Positions 37,666 to 46,653 of a stretch of 64,000 nt of DNA are shown piece by piece. The number at the start of each line of letters is the position of its first letter. Position 1 is the first letter of the stretch. The DNA is from Vicinamibacteria bacterium (GTDB lineage: Bacteria; Acidobacteriota; Vicinamibacteria; Marinacidobacterales; Marinacidobacteraceae): NCBI GenBank assembly GCA_965199715.1, contig OZ241322.1, forward strand, positions 1,696,001 through 1,760,000. The letters are read 5' to 3'. Position numbers and translations under genes: made by a program. Under the pieces are notes generated by a model. It saw nothing but the letters and a program-made list of their open reading frames with translations. It was not told the origin of the DNA and ran no database searches.

Positions 37666-40278
37666 ATGGAACGCACGCTGCTGCTCGTGGACGGCAACAA
37701 CCTGCTGTTCCGGTCGTATTTCGCGATGCCGCGGCTCACGTCGGCGGCGGGCCGGCCCAACGGGGCGCTCCAGGGCTTCACGAACACCCTGAAGATGCTC
37801 CTCCGGGAAGAGGAGCCCGCGGCCGCGGCGATGGTCTTCGACGCCCCCGGGCCGACGTTCCGGGAAGACATGTACCCCGAGTACAAGGCGCAGCGCCCGC
37901 CCACGCCGGAGGATCTCGCGGAGCAGATGCCGCTTGCCCGCGACATCGCCCGGGCGCTTGGGGTCCCGCCGGTCGAGATCGCCGGCGTGGAGGCGGACGA
38001 CGTGATCGGCAGCCTCGCGGTCCGGGGTCGGGCGGCCGGCTACCGGGTGCTCGTGGTCTCCGGCGACAAGGACCTTCTCCAGGTCGTGGGAGACGGGGTC
38101 GAGGTCGTCAGCCCGAGCCGGCGCGACCGCTCGGTCACTCGGCTCGACGCCGACGCGGTGCGGAAGAAGCTGGGCGTCCCGCCGGCGCTCGTTCCCGACT
38201 ATCTCGGCCTCGTCGGGGACTCGACGGACAACATCCCGGGCGTCCCCGGAGTCGGACCGAAGACGGCCGCGCCGCTGCTCGACAAGCTGGGCGGCCTCGA
38301 GGAGGCGCTCGCCCGCGCCGGCGAGGTCGCCCGCCCCCGGATCGCGAAGCTCCTCGCCGAGCACGCCGCGACCGCCCGGCTTTCCCGCGATCTCGCCGCG
38401 CTGAAGCTGGACGTCGCCGACGCGCCCGATCTGGCCGACCTCGCGTTTCGGGGCGCCGATCCGGACGCCGCCCGCGACGTCTTCGAATCCCTGGACCTGC
38501 GCAGCCACGCCCGCGACCTGCCTCCGCGGACGGCGGCGGCGCTCCCGGCGGTAGTCGAGGCGCGCTCCGCCGCCGAGGTCGCCCGACTGCTCGCGGACGG
38601 CCCGGCTCCGCTCGCCGTCCACGCCGACTTCGCGCCCCCCGACGGGCGCAATCCGGCGCGGCTCCGGGCGCTCGGGCTCGCGCGGTCCGCCGCCGGGGGG
38701 ATGCTGGTGGACCTTGAAACGGTGCACGGCCTGCTACCGGTCCTCGCCGACGGGCTGCGACGGCTCCCGGTGATCGGCCACCGGGTGCAGGACTTCGTGC
38801 GCTGGCTGATCGAGCAGCGGGTTCCGCCGCCGCGGGTCGTCCACGACAGCGAGGTCTCGGTCTGGCTGCTCGAGACCACGCGGCGGGCGCGGGAGTTTCC
38901 CGACGTCCTGCGCGATTTCACCGGCCTCGCGGCGCCGGACGAGGCCCAGCCGGGCCTCTTCGCCGCGCCCGAGCGGACCGTCTCCCCGCGCCTCGCGATG
39001 CAAGCGGCGTGGCAGCACCGGCTGGCGGAGGAACTGGCGTCCCGCCTGAAGGCCGAGGGCGCGCGGCTCGAGGCGGTGTTCGCTGACATGGAGATGCCGC
39101 TCGTCCCGGTGCTCGCCCGCATGGAGGACGCCGGCGTCCTTCTCGACCCGGAGCCGCTCGCGGCGTTCAGCGAGGAGCTCGGCGCGCGCATCGCCCGGCT
39201 CACCGAGGAGATCCACGAACTCGCCGGCGGCCCGTTCGACCTCCAGAGCCCGAAGCAGCTCGGTCACGTGCTCTTCGACAAGCTCCAGCTCACGCCGCAG
39301 AAGAAGACCCGGCGGCTGCGGCAGGCCTCCACGCGCGCCGAGGTCCTCGAGCAGCTCGCCGAGGAGCACGAACTGCCCCGCCTCGTGCTCGCGTACCGGG
39401 AACTCGCCAAGCTCAAGAACACCTACGTGGATCCGCTGCCGACGCTGATCTCGCCCCGCACCGGCCGGCTCCATACCCGGCTCCACCAGACCGGGGCCGC
39501 GACCGGACGGCTCTCGAGCACCGACCCGAATCTCCAGAACATCCCGATCCGCACCGAGATGGGGCGCCGGGTTCGCCGGGCGTTCGTGGCTCCGCCCGGC
39601 CGTCGGCTCATCGCCGCGGACTACTCGCAGATCGAGCTTCGGGTGCTCGCCCACCTGAGCGGGGACCCCGGCCTGACCGAGGCGTTCCAGAAGGGGGAGG
39701 ACATCCACGCCCGGACCGCCGAGGCGGTGTTCGGGGGGCTCGGGCTGCCCGCCGCCGAGGCCCGCCGCCGCGCCAAGATCATCAACTTCTCGATCATCTA
39801 CGGCAAGACGGCCTTCACGCTCAGCCGGGAGATCGGAGTCTCGACCGGCGAGGCGCAGGCGTTCATCGAGGCGTACTTCGAACGCTACGCCGGCGTCCGG
39901 GCGCTCATCGAGCGGATCAAGACCGAAGCGCGAGAGCGCGAGCGGGTCGAGACGCTCTACGGGCGCCAGCGGCACATCCCCGACATCGGCGCCCAGCAGC
40001 GCCAGCGCCGGGCCGCCGCCGAACGGATGGCCGTCAACGCGCCGATCCAGGGAACCGCCGCCGACCTCATCAAGTTCGCGATGCTGCGGGTGGACCGGAC
40101 GCTCGCCGGAACCGCGTCGCGGCTGCTGCTCCAGATTCACGACGAGCTGCTGGTCGAGGCCGACGCTGACGCCGCCCCCGAGGTCGCGGAGGCCGTCCGG
40201 CGCGAGATGGAGGCGGTCGCCGAACTGCGGGTCCCGCTCGTGGCCGAGATCACGATCGCGGAGCACTGGGAACATTGA
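37666..40278 (+). CDS. polA: DNA polymerase I
   Basis: 5'-3' exonuclease EADD, GDKD, GDSTDNIPGV; TGRLSS, DYSQIELR, IQGTAAD, QIHDEL. Confidence 0.97.
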   Translation: MERTLLLVDGNNLLFRSYFAMPRLTSAAGRPNGALQGFTNTLKMLLREEEPAAAAMVFDAPGPTFREDMYPEYKAQRPPTPEDLAEQMPLARDIARALGVPPVEIAGVEADDVIGSLAVRGRAAGYRVLVVSGDKDLLQVVGDGVEVVSPSRRDRSVTRLDADAVRKKLGVPPALVPDYLGLVGDSTDNIPGVPGVGPKTAAPLLDKLGGLEEALARAGEVARPRIAKLLAEHAATARLSRDLAALKLDVADAPDLADLAFRGADPDAARDVFESLDLRSHARDLPPRTAAALPAVVEARSAAEVARLLADGPAPLAVHADFAPPDGRNPARLRALGLARSAAGGMLVDLETVHGLLPVLADGLRRLPVIGHRVQDFVRWLIEQRVPPPRVVHDSEVSVWLLETTRRAREFPDVLRDFTGLAAPDEAQPGLFAAPERTVSPRLAMQAAWQHRLAEELASRLKAEGARLEAVFADMEMPLVPVLARMEDAGVLLDPEPLAAFSEELGARIARLTEEIHELAGGPFDLQSPKQLGHVLFDKLQLTPQKKTRRLRQASTRAEVLEQLAEEHELPRLVLAYRELAKLKNTYVDPLPTLISPRTGRLHTRLHQTGAATGRLSSTDPNLQNIPIRTEMGRRVRRAFVAPPGRRLIAADYSQIELRVLAHLSGDPGLTEAFQKGEDIHARTAEAVFGGLGLPAAEARRRAKIINFSIIYGKTAFTLSREIGVSTGEAQAFIEAYFERYAGVRALIERIKTEARERERVETLYGRQRHIPDIGAQQRQRRAAAERMAVNAPIQGTAADLIKFAMLRVDRTLAGTASRLLLQIHDELLVEADADAAPEVAEAVRREMEAVAELRVPLVAEITIAEHWEH

Positions 40279-40909
40279 GCGCGGCGGGCACGTCGGAAAC
40301 GCTCGCGACGAGGCGGTCGGGACGGGCCTCCCGGAGGAGCGTCTCCCGCCCGTAGGCGCTCGGCACCGCGATCGTCCGGGTTCCGGCGCGCCGCCCCATG
40401 AGCACGTCCTCGGGGCGGTCGCCGACGTAGGCCGCTTCTTCCGGGCGCCGTCCGAGCTCGCGCAGCGCCCGCAGGAGTCCGTCCGGATGCGGCTTTTTCC
40501 ACGTCGCGTCCTCGAAGGCCACCACCGCGCCGAAGCGGCCCTGAAGGCCGAAGCGGCGCAAGTCGTTCCCGAGGCGCTCCCGGTCGGCGGCCGAGACCAC
40601 CCCGAGGCCGAGGCCCGCCGCTTCGAGCGTCCGCAGCAGGTCCATCACGCCGGGGAAGAGTCCGACCCGCTCCACTCGCTCCCGGTACCGGCGCTGCCAG
40701 ACGCCGTTGGCCTCACCCCAGCGGTCCTCCGGAATCCCGACGTCCCGGTAGGTGGCGTGCCAGTCCGGCTGGTAGGTCGCGCGGTAGCGCCGCTCGTCCA
40801 TGCGGACGCCGAAGTGCCGGAACACCGATATGGAGGCGTGGCGGGTGGCCTCGAAGGTGTCCGCGAGGGTGCCGTCCCAGTCGAAGATGACCGCGCGAAT
40901 CGCCTGCAC
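40250..40909 (-). CDS. HAD-family hydrolase (phosphoglycolate phosphatase-like)
   Basis: FDWDGTLAD, KPHP, YVGDRPED. Confidence 0.9.
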   Translation of the reverse strand: MQAIRAVIFDWDGTLADTFEATRHASISVFRHFGVRMDERRYRATYQPDWHATYRDVGIPEDRWGEANGVWQRRYRERVERVGLFPGVMDLLRTLEAAGLGLGVVSAADRERLGNDLRRFGLQGRFGAVVAFEDATWKKPHPDGLLRALRELGRRPEEAAYVGDRPEDVLMGRRAGTRTIAVPSAYGRETLLREARPDRLVASVSDVPAALNVPSAPRS

Positions 40910-40951
40910 CGGCGGGGAGCGTAACCGCCCCCGCGTAGTACGATGCCGGCG

Positions 40952-41485
40952 ATGGCCGAGCGCGTCCCCTGCGGCAGTTTCGTCCTGTCCACCGGCGTTG
41001 CGGAGGTCGGCGACCTCGAACTCCTGACCACGCCCCGCGGCCTTCTGGCGGTGCTGTTCTGCGGCGACCGTCGGTCGCGCGCGACGACGGCGTGGGTGCG
41101 GCGGAACGCGGTCGTTTCCGGTCCCGCGGCGCCGGCGGACCGGGCCATGACGCAGCTTCTCGATTTCCTCGCCGGGCGCCGCCGGACGTTCGACCTCCCG
41201 CTCCACCGGACCGGAACCCCGTTCCAGCGCGCCGTGCTGGACGAGGTGGCCCGCATTCCGTGGGGCGAGACCCTCAGCTACGGCGAGATCGCCGCCCGGG
41301 TCGGGCGTCCGGCCGCCAGTCGGGCGGTCGGGGCCGCGAACGGCGCGAACCCGCTTCCGCTCGTGATCCCCTGCCACCGGGTCGTCGGAAGCGTCGGCCG
41401 GCTCACCGGCTTCGGCGGCGGCCTGCCGATGAAGCGGTGGCTCCTGAACCTCGAGGCGGGCGGCCTCCTCGCCCGGGCCTACTGA
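40952..41485 (+). CDS. ogt: Methylated-DNA-protein cysteine methyltransferase
   Basis: GTPFQ, IPWGET.SY, RAVGAANGANP, PCHRV. Confidence 0.93.
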   Translation: MAERVPCGSFVLSTGVAEVGDLELLTTPRGLLAVLFCGDRRSRATTAWVRRNAVVSGPAAPADRAMTQLLDFLAGRRRTFDLPLHRTGTPFQRAVLDEVARIPWGETLSYGEIAARVGRPAASRAVGAANGANPLPLVIPCHRVVGSVGRLTGFGGGLPMKRWLLNLEAGGLLARAY

Positions 41486-41490
41486 TCGCC

Positions 41491-42294
41491 ATGTTCCGAT
41501 TCCTTTCTTCCTGCGTGGTTCTGCTCGCGCTCGCCGGGTGCGGAGGCGGGGGAGACGTCCCAGCCGAAACGACCGCGCCCATGCCTCCCGCCAAGGAACC
41601 CATGCCCGAACCAGCGCCCCCCGAGACCGACCTCCCCGTGCCCGGCGCGGTGATCGCCATGACCACCACGCTGGGCGAGATCCGCATCGAGCTCTATCCG
41701 AACGAGGCCCCGCTCAGCGCGGCGAACTTCCTCCAGTACGTGGAGGACGGTTTCTACGACGGCACGATCTTCCATCGCGTCGTGCGCGGCTTCGTCATCC
41801 AGGGCGGCGGGTTCACCGCCGACATGACGGAGAAGGAGACCCGCGCCCCGATCCAGAACGAGGCGCAGAACGGACTTCGGAACGGGCGCGGCTGGCTGTC
41901 GATGGCGCGGACGATGGATCCGCACAGCGCCACCTCGCAGTTCTTCATCAATACCGTCGATAACGCGACTCTCGACCACAAGAGCCCGACTCCCGGGGGC
42001 TGGGGCTACGCGGTCTTCGGCAGGGTGGTCGAGGGGCTCGACGTGGTGGACGCCATCGAGGCGTCTCCGGTGGTCAGCCGGGCCGGGTTCAACGACGTGC
42101 CGCAGGATCCGATCGCGATCACTTCGGCGACCGTCCAGTCACCCCGATCCCTCCCGCTCGCACACCGCGAGCAGCACTTCGGGCGCGCCCGCGGCGCCCT
42201 CGAGGGGATACGGAGCGTGCCGCGCCTCGCGCTCCATCGGAAGGCGCAGGACGTTCAGCGCCGAATGGAGCTTCCGCCCGGCGAACGGCGATAG
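41491..42294 (+). CDS. Cyclophilin-type PPIase lipoprotein (C-terminally extended)
   Basis: LAGC lipobox; YDGTIFHRV, QGGG, MART.DPHSATSQFFIN, GYAVFGRV. Confidence 0.9.
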   Translation: MFRFLSSCVVLLALAGCGGGGDVPAETTAPMPPAKEPMPEPAPPETDLPVPGAVIAMTTTLGEIRIELYPNEAPLSAANFLQYVEDGFYDGTIFHRVVRGFVIQGGGFTADMTEKETRAPIQNEAQNGLRNGRGWLSMARTMDPHSATSQFFINTVDNATLDHKSPTPGGWGYAVFGRVVEGLDVVDAIEASPVVSRAGFNDVPQDPIAITSATVQSPRSLPLAHREQHFGRARGALEGIRSVPRLALHRKAQDVQRRMELPPGERR

Positions 42295-42876
42295 CGCCCC
42301 GATCCGGCTGACCGGGCCGAGCAGCGGCGCCGGCCACGGCGTCTGGCCGTACCAGCGGACGTTCCGGAAGCGCCGGCCGAGGAGCGCGGCGAACTCCGAC
42401 CGGGCGTACTCGCGGACGTGGTGCGGGTTGTCCGGGCGGTCGGTCAGCCGCTTTCCCGGACTGGTGACCTCGCGCTCCGGGGTGGAGCACAGCAGCAGGC
42501 CGCCGGGCGCGAGCACCCGGTGCGCCTCCTCGATCGCCGCCCGGTCGGCCTCGACGTGCTCGATGGTTTCGAACGAGACGTACAGGTCGAAGCTCGCGTC
42601 GGCGAACGGCAGCTTCGCGGCGTCGGCGACGACTCCGGTCAGCCGTCCGGCCCCCGAACCCGGCTGGCGAGCCTCGCGGAACGCCTCGTCCGCCCGGTCG
42701 GCGGAGACGACCAGCCGCGCCCCGGCGTCACGAAGGAGGCCCGATCCGTACCCCGCGCCGCAGGCCAGGTCCAGCGCGCGCTTGCCGGCGGCCAGCCTCG
42801 CGGCGAAGCGGTAGCGGGCGAGATGCTGGTTGCGCAGCCACGGCGAGGCGAAGCGATGCAGCGCGAGGCGTTCCAC
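42139..42876 (-). CDS. Class I SAM-dependent methyltransferase (glycan-associated type)
   Basis: HLARYRFA, LDLACGAGYG, SFETIEH, NPHHVREY. Confidence 0.88.
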   Translation of the reverse strand: MERLALHRFASPWLRNQHLARYRFAARLAAGKRALDLACGAGYGSGLLRDAGARLVVSADRADEAFREARQPGSGAGRLTGVVADAAKLPFADASFDLYVSFETIEHVEADRAAIEEAHRVLAPGGLLLCSTPEREVTSPGKRLTDRPDNPHHVREYARSEFAALLGRRFRNVRWYGQTPWPAPLLGPVSRIGALSPFAGRKLHSALNVLRLPMEREARHAPYPLEGAAGAPEVLLAVCEREGSG

Positions 42877-42900
42877 GGGCGGGCGGTATTCTCCCGAACC

Positions 42901-43629
42901 GTGCGGGAGGAACCCGGGGTCAGCGCGTGCTTCCCCGCGTTCCACGACGCGGGGAGCATCGGCTGGGTAGTCCGCCGGGCCCGCGTCGCGCTCGCCGGAT
43001 CCGGTCGGCGCTTCGAGATTCTCGTCCTCGACGACGGCAGCGGCGACGACACCCTCGCGGCGATTCAGGCGCTCGCTCCCGAGGTTCCGGAACTGCGGAT
43101 CCTCCGCCACGAAGCGAACCGCGGCTACGGCGCGACGCTACGCGACCTCTTCCGCGCCGCCCGGATGCCGCTCGTCGCGTACACCGACGGGGACGGCCAG
43201 TTCGACCCGCTCGAAATTCCGCGCCTGATGGCCGCGATGACGCCGCAGACGGACTTCGTGAACGGCTACCGGGCGGCCCGCGCCGACGGACCGGTCCGCC
43301 GGGCGCTCGGCCCGCGCTTCCACCGGGTGGTCGCCCGCACGTTCGGGCTTCCGCCGCTGCGCGACTGGGACTGCGACTTCCGGCTGTTCCGGCGCTCGCT
43401 CGCGCTCGAGGGATCGATGAGCTTCGACGACGGCACCGCGGTCGTCGAATTTCTGGCGTCGCTCGGGGAGGTCGGCCTCGCCGAAGTCGAGGTGAGCCAC
43501 GGGCCGCGCCGCTCGGGCAGCAGCCGGTACTTCCGGCCGGGCTCGGTCGCGGCGGGCCACCGCAACCTGTTCCGCCTCTGGCGGCGGCGCGGCTCGCCGC
43601 CGATTCGCTGGCGGGCCTGGTTACGCTGA
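42901..43629 (+). CDS. GT2 glycosyltransferase (DPM1-like)
   Basis: DDGSGD, NRGYG, TDGDGQ. Confidence 0.88.
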   Translation: MREEPGVSACFPAFHDAGSIGWVVRRARVALAGSGRRFEILVLDDGSGDDTLAAIQALAPEVPELRILRHEANRGYGATLRDLFRAARMPLVAYTDGDGQFDPLEIPRLMAAMTPQTDFVNGYRAARADGPVRRALGPRFHRVVARTFGLPPLRDWDCDFRLFRRSLALEGSMSFDDGTAVVEFLASLGEVGLAEVEVSHGPRRSGSSRYFRPGSVAAGHRNLFRLWRRRGSPPIRWRAWLR

Positions 43630-45036
43630 CATTTCCGCGGCGGCGTTCCGCCCGGAAACCCCGTGGAGCCCGCCGTAGGGGTACGTCCCCGGACCGGCGA
43701 GGAAGAGTCCGTCGATGGGAGTCCGGTGGCGGGCGTATCCGGGAACCGGGCGCAGCGACCAGAGCTGGTCCATGGCTGGCTCGCCCTGGTGGAAGCTCCC
43801 CTCGAGGAGGCCGAAGCCGCGTTCGAGCGCGCTGGGCGTGAGGACGCGGGACGCGGTCACGAGGCCGCGGATCCGGGGGAAGGCGCGCTCGAGGGCGGCG
43901 AGCGTCGCTTCCGCCACGTCGGCCTCGTTCGCGTCCGCCGGTACCGACTGCACCGTCGCGGCCACGATCGTCTCGCCGACCGAGGCGAGGACGAGCGGCG
44001 GGTCGGCCAGCCGCCCGTACTTGAAGGCGTCGGCGGAGCGTTCCAGTGCCTCCAGCGAGCCGCCGACCTGGTACAGGCCGGGCGGCCCGGGCGGCGCCGA
44101 GAGCGCGAAGCCGACGCGCGCCGCCGTTCCACGGTAGCGGATCCGGCGCACGTCGCTCGCGAACGTCGGCGGGAGGTTCCGCTCGCCCGCCCAGCGCAGG
44201 AGCGTCGCGCCCGGAGCGGCGTCGGAAACGACGGTCCCGCAGCGGATCGTCCGCCCGTCGAGGAGCTCCACGCCGGTCGCCCGGCCCCCGGCCACGACGA
44301 TGCGGCGCGCGCCGCTGGAGTCGAGGCGCGCGCCCTCGCCCCGGGCCGCGTCGCGCAGCGCGCGCCCGACCTCGGTCGCGCCGCCGTCGGGCGGGCGGAT
44401 CCAGCCGAGCGGCTCGGGATGGCCGAAGCTGTGGAAGTGGAGGAAGAGCCCCGCCGTTCCCGGATCGCGCGGCCCGAGGCGGATTCCGGTGAGCGCCGGC
44501 CCGGCGAGGCCCGCCCGCAGGCGGGGGTCGTCGAAGTCCCGGAGGAAGTTCGCGAGCGACATCGGCAGCGAGCGGAGCAGCGTGTGGAGCCGCCGTCCCC
44601 CGAGTCCGAGCGCGGCGAGGGCCGCCGGCAGCGCGTCGGGAAGGGTCGCGTCCAGATCGAGCGGCGGCCGCTCCAGCAGCTTCCGCAGGAAGCCGGCGAG
44701 CGAGCGGAGCTCGGCGGCGAACTCGGGATGAGTGGGAAGGCCGCGCGGAATCGGCAGCGGGTCGCCCTCGCCGACGACGGTGAGGACCGGGTCGGGGGCG
44801 GTCCAGCGCAGCGCGAGGCGTAGGTCGGCGGCCACCGCCGGATCCACCGACGGCAGGGTCTCCGGCGCGACCGGGAACGTGAAGCCGGGAGCGATCTCGA
44901 CGTTGGCCGCGATCCCGCCCGGTCGCCCGCGCTCGCCCACGACGAGCACGGTCCGGCCGCGGGCGGCGAGGTACGCCGCGGCGACGAGCGCGTCCGGCCC
45001 GCCGCCGATCGCGCAGACGTCGTACGAATCGCGCAT
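43621..45036 (-). CDS. Phytoene-dehydrogenase-like FAD oxidoreductase, divergent paralogue
   Basis: GGGPDALVAAAYL, LTP..LE..FGL.EGS..QGE, RTPIDGLFL.G. Confidence 0.85.
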   Translation of the reverse strand: MRDSYDVCAIGGGPDALVAAAYLAARGRTVLVVGERGRPGGIAANVEIAPGFTFPVAPETLPSVDPAVAADLRLALRWTAPDPVLTVVGEGDPLPIPRGLPTHPEFAAELRSLAGFLRKLLERPPLDLDATLPDALPAALAALGLGGRRLHTLLRSLPMSLANFLRDFDDPRLRAGLAGPALTGIRLGPRDPGTAGLFLHFHSFGHPEPLGWIRPPDGGATEVGRALRDAARGEGARLDSSGARRIVVAGGRATGVELLDGRTIRCGTVVSDAAPGATLLRWAGERNLPPTFASDVRRIRYRGTAARVGFALSAPPGPPGLYQVGGSLEALERSADAFKYGRLADPPLVLASVGETIVAATVQSVPADANEADVAEATLAALERAFPRIRGLVTASRVLTPSALERGFGLLEGSFHQGEPAMDQLWSLRPVPGYARHRTPIDGLFLAGPGTYPYGGLHGVSGRNAAAEMSA

Positions 45037-46619
45037 CAGGACGTGATCCCGAGCATCGCGTCGGCCCCCAGCTTGCCCGGCGCTCCCATCACTCCGCCGC
45101 CGGGATGCGCCCCCGAACCGCACAGGTACAGGTCGCGCACCGGGGTCTTGAACTGGGCCCAGCCCGCCGCCGGACGCAGGAAGAAGAGCTGCTCCAGGGC
45201 CAGCTCGCCCTGGAAGATGTTTCCCTCGGAGAGCCCGGTCCGGCGCTCGATGTCGAGCGGGGTGAGCACCTGCCGCTCGAGGATGATCTCGGGAAGGTTC
45301 GGCGCGTACTCGGCGAGCGTGCGGATGACCGTGTCCCCGAAAGCGTCCCGCTGGGCGTCCCAGTCCGGCGCTCCCTCGGCGAGGCGGTACGGCGCGTACT
45401 GGACGAAGATGGACATCACGTGCTTGCCGGGCGGCGCCATGCCGGGGTCGAGCAGCGACGGGATGCAGACGTCGAGGTAGGGAACCCGCGAGAACCGCCC
45501 GTACTTGGCGTCGTCGTAGGCGCGTTCGAGGGTGTGCGTGTCCGGGCTGATCGAGATCGCGCCGCGCAGGTGCGCGCCGGGTCCGGGCAGCGCGGCGAAG
45601 TCCGGCAGCGCGTCGAGGGCGAGGTTCACCTTGCCCGACGAGCCCTCGAACCGGAACCGCTCGATGTCGGCGCGGAAGTCGTCCGGAAGCTCGTCCGGGT
45701 CGAGCAGCTTGAGAAAGGTGAGGCGCGGATCGAGGCTGGAGCCGATCCGGCTCGCGTAGATCTCCTCGCCGCCGTCCAGAACGACCCCGGCGGCGCGCCC
45801 GCCCGAGGTCAGGATCCGCTCCACCCCGGCGTTCGTGCGGATCTCGGCGCCGAAGCTGCGGGCGGAGCTCGCGAGCGCGTCCGCGACCGCCCCCATGCCG
45901 CCCTTCTGGAACCCCCACGAGCGCGAGGCCCCGTCGAGCTCCCCCGCGTAGTGGTGGAGGAGCACGTAGGCGGTGCCGGGCGAGCTGATTCCGAGGAACG
46001 TGCCGATGATCCCGCTCGCCGCCATCGTGGCCTTCAGCACGTCGCTCTCGAACCAGCGGTCGAGGTAGTCGCGGGCGCTCGCGGTCATCAGCCGGGCGAG
46101 TTCGTGGAAGCGCCCGTCGTCGAGGCTCGAAAAGTGCCGGGCGAGCCCGCCGAGCGCCACGAGCTCGCGCGGATGCGCCGAACCGAGCCGCGGCGGCCGC
46201 ATCATCAGCAGGTCGCGGATCGCCTGGGACAACTGGTGCATCCGCAGCCCGAAGCGCGGGTACTCGTCGGCGTCGCGCCGCGAGAATTGCTGGAGCGACT
46301 CGCGGGTCCGCGCCGGGTCGTGCCAGCGCATCAGCGCGCGTCCGTCGCGGGTCGGCGTGAACGTCCCGTCGAGCGCCTGGAGATGCAGTCCGTGACGGGC
46401 GAGGTCGAGGTCGTCGATGATCTGCGGCCGCATCAGGCTCAGCACGTACGAGAAGACGGTCGCGGTGAACCCCGGCAGGATCTCCTCGCTGTAGGTCGCG
46501 CCGCCCACCCGCTCGTTCCGCTCGACCACGAGGACGCTCCGCCCGGCCCGCGCAAGGTAGGCGGCGGCGGTGAGCCCGTTGTGGCCGCCGCCGATCACGA
46601 TGGCGTCGTAGCGCTTCAT
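45036..46619 (-). CDS. Phytoene-dehydrogenase-like (PYROXD2-like) FAD oxidoreductase
   Basis: GGGHNGL, PGTAYVLLHH, GGMG, GNIFQGEL, HPGGGV.GAPG. Confidence 0.92.
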   Translation of the reverse strand: MKRYDAIVIGGGHNGLTAAAYLARAGRSVLVVERNERVGGATYSEEILPGFTATVFSYVLSLMRPQIIDDLDLARHGLHLQALDGTFTPTRDGRALMRWHDPARTRESLQQFSRRDADEYPRFGLRMHQLSQAIRDLLMMRPPRLGSAHPRELVALGGLARHFSSLDDGRFHELARLMTASARDYLDRWFESDVLKATMAASGIIGTFLGISSPGTAYVLLHHYAGELDGASRSWGFQKGGMGAVADALASSARSFGAEIRTNAGVERILTSGGRAAGVVLDGGEEIYASRIGSSLDPRLTFLKLLDPDELPDDFRADIERFRFEGSSGKVNLALDALPDFAALPGPGAHLRGAISISPDTHTLERAYDDAKYGRFSRVPYLDVCIPSLLDPGMAPPGKHVMSIFVQYAPYRLAEGAPDWDAQRDAFGDTVIRTLAEYAPNLPEIILERQVLTPLDIERRTGLSEGNIFQGELALEQLFFLRPAAGWAQFKTPVRDLYLCGSGAHPGGGVMGAPGKLGADAMLGITS

Positions 46620-46653
46620 AAGTCCGGGGAGCCGCGGATCGTATGCTCTCCGA

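Noticed and set aside
38560-39060. Degenerate 3'-5' exonuclease domain in PolA as a novelty
   Set aside because: Loss of proofreading motifs is common among bacterial PolA proteins.
43621-46619. Carotenoid biosynthesis (crtI) call
   Set aside because: No crtB/crtE nearby; motifs fit the PYROXD2-like uncharacterised branch better.
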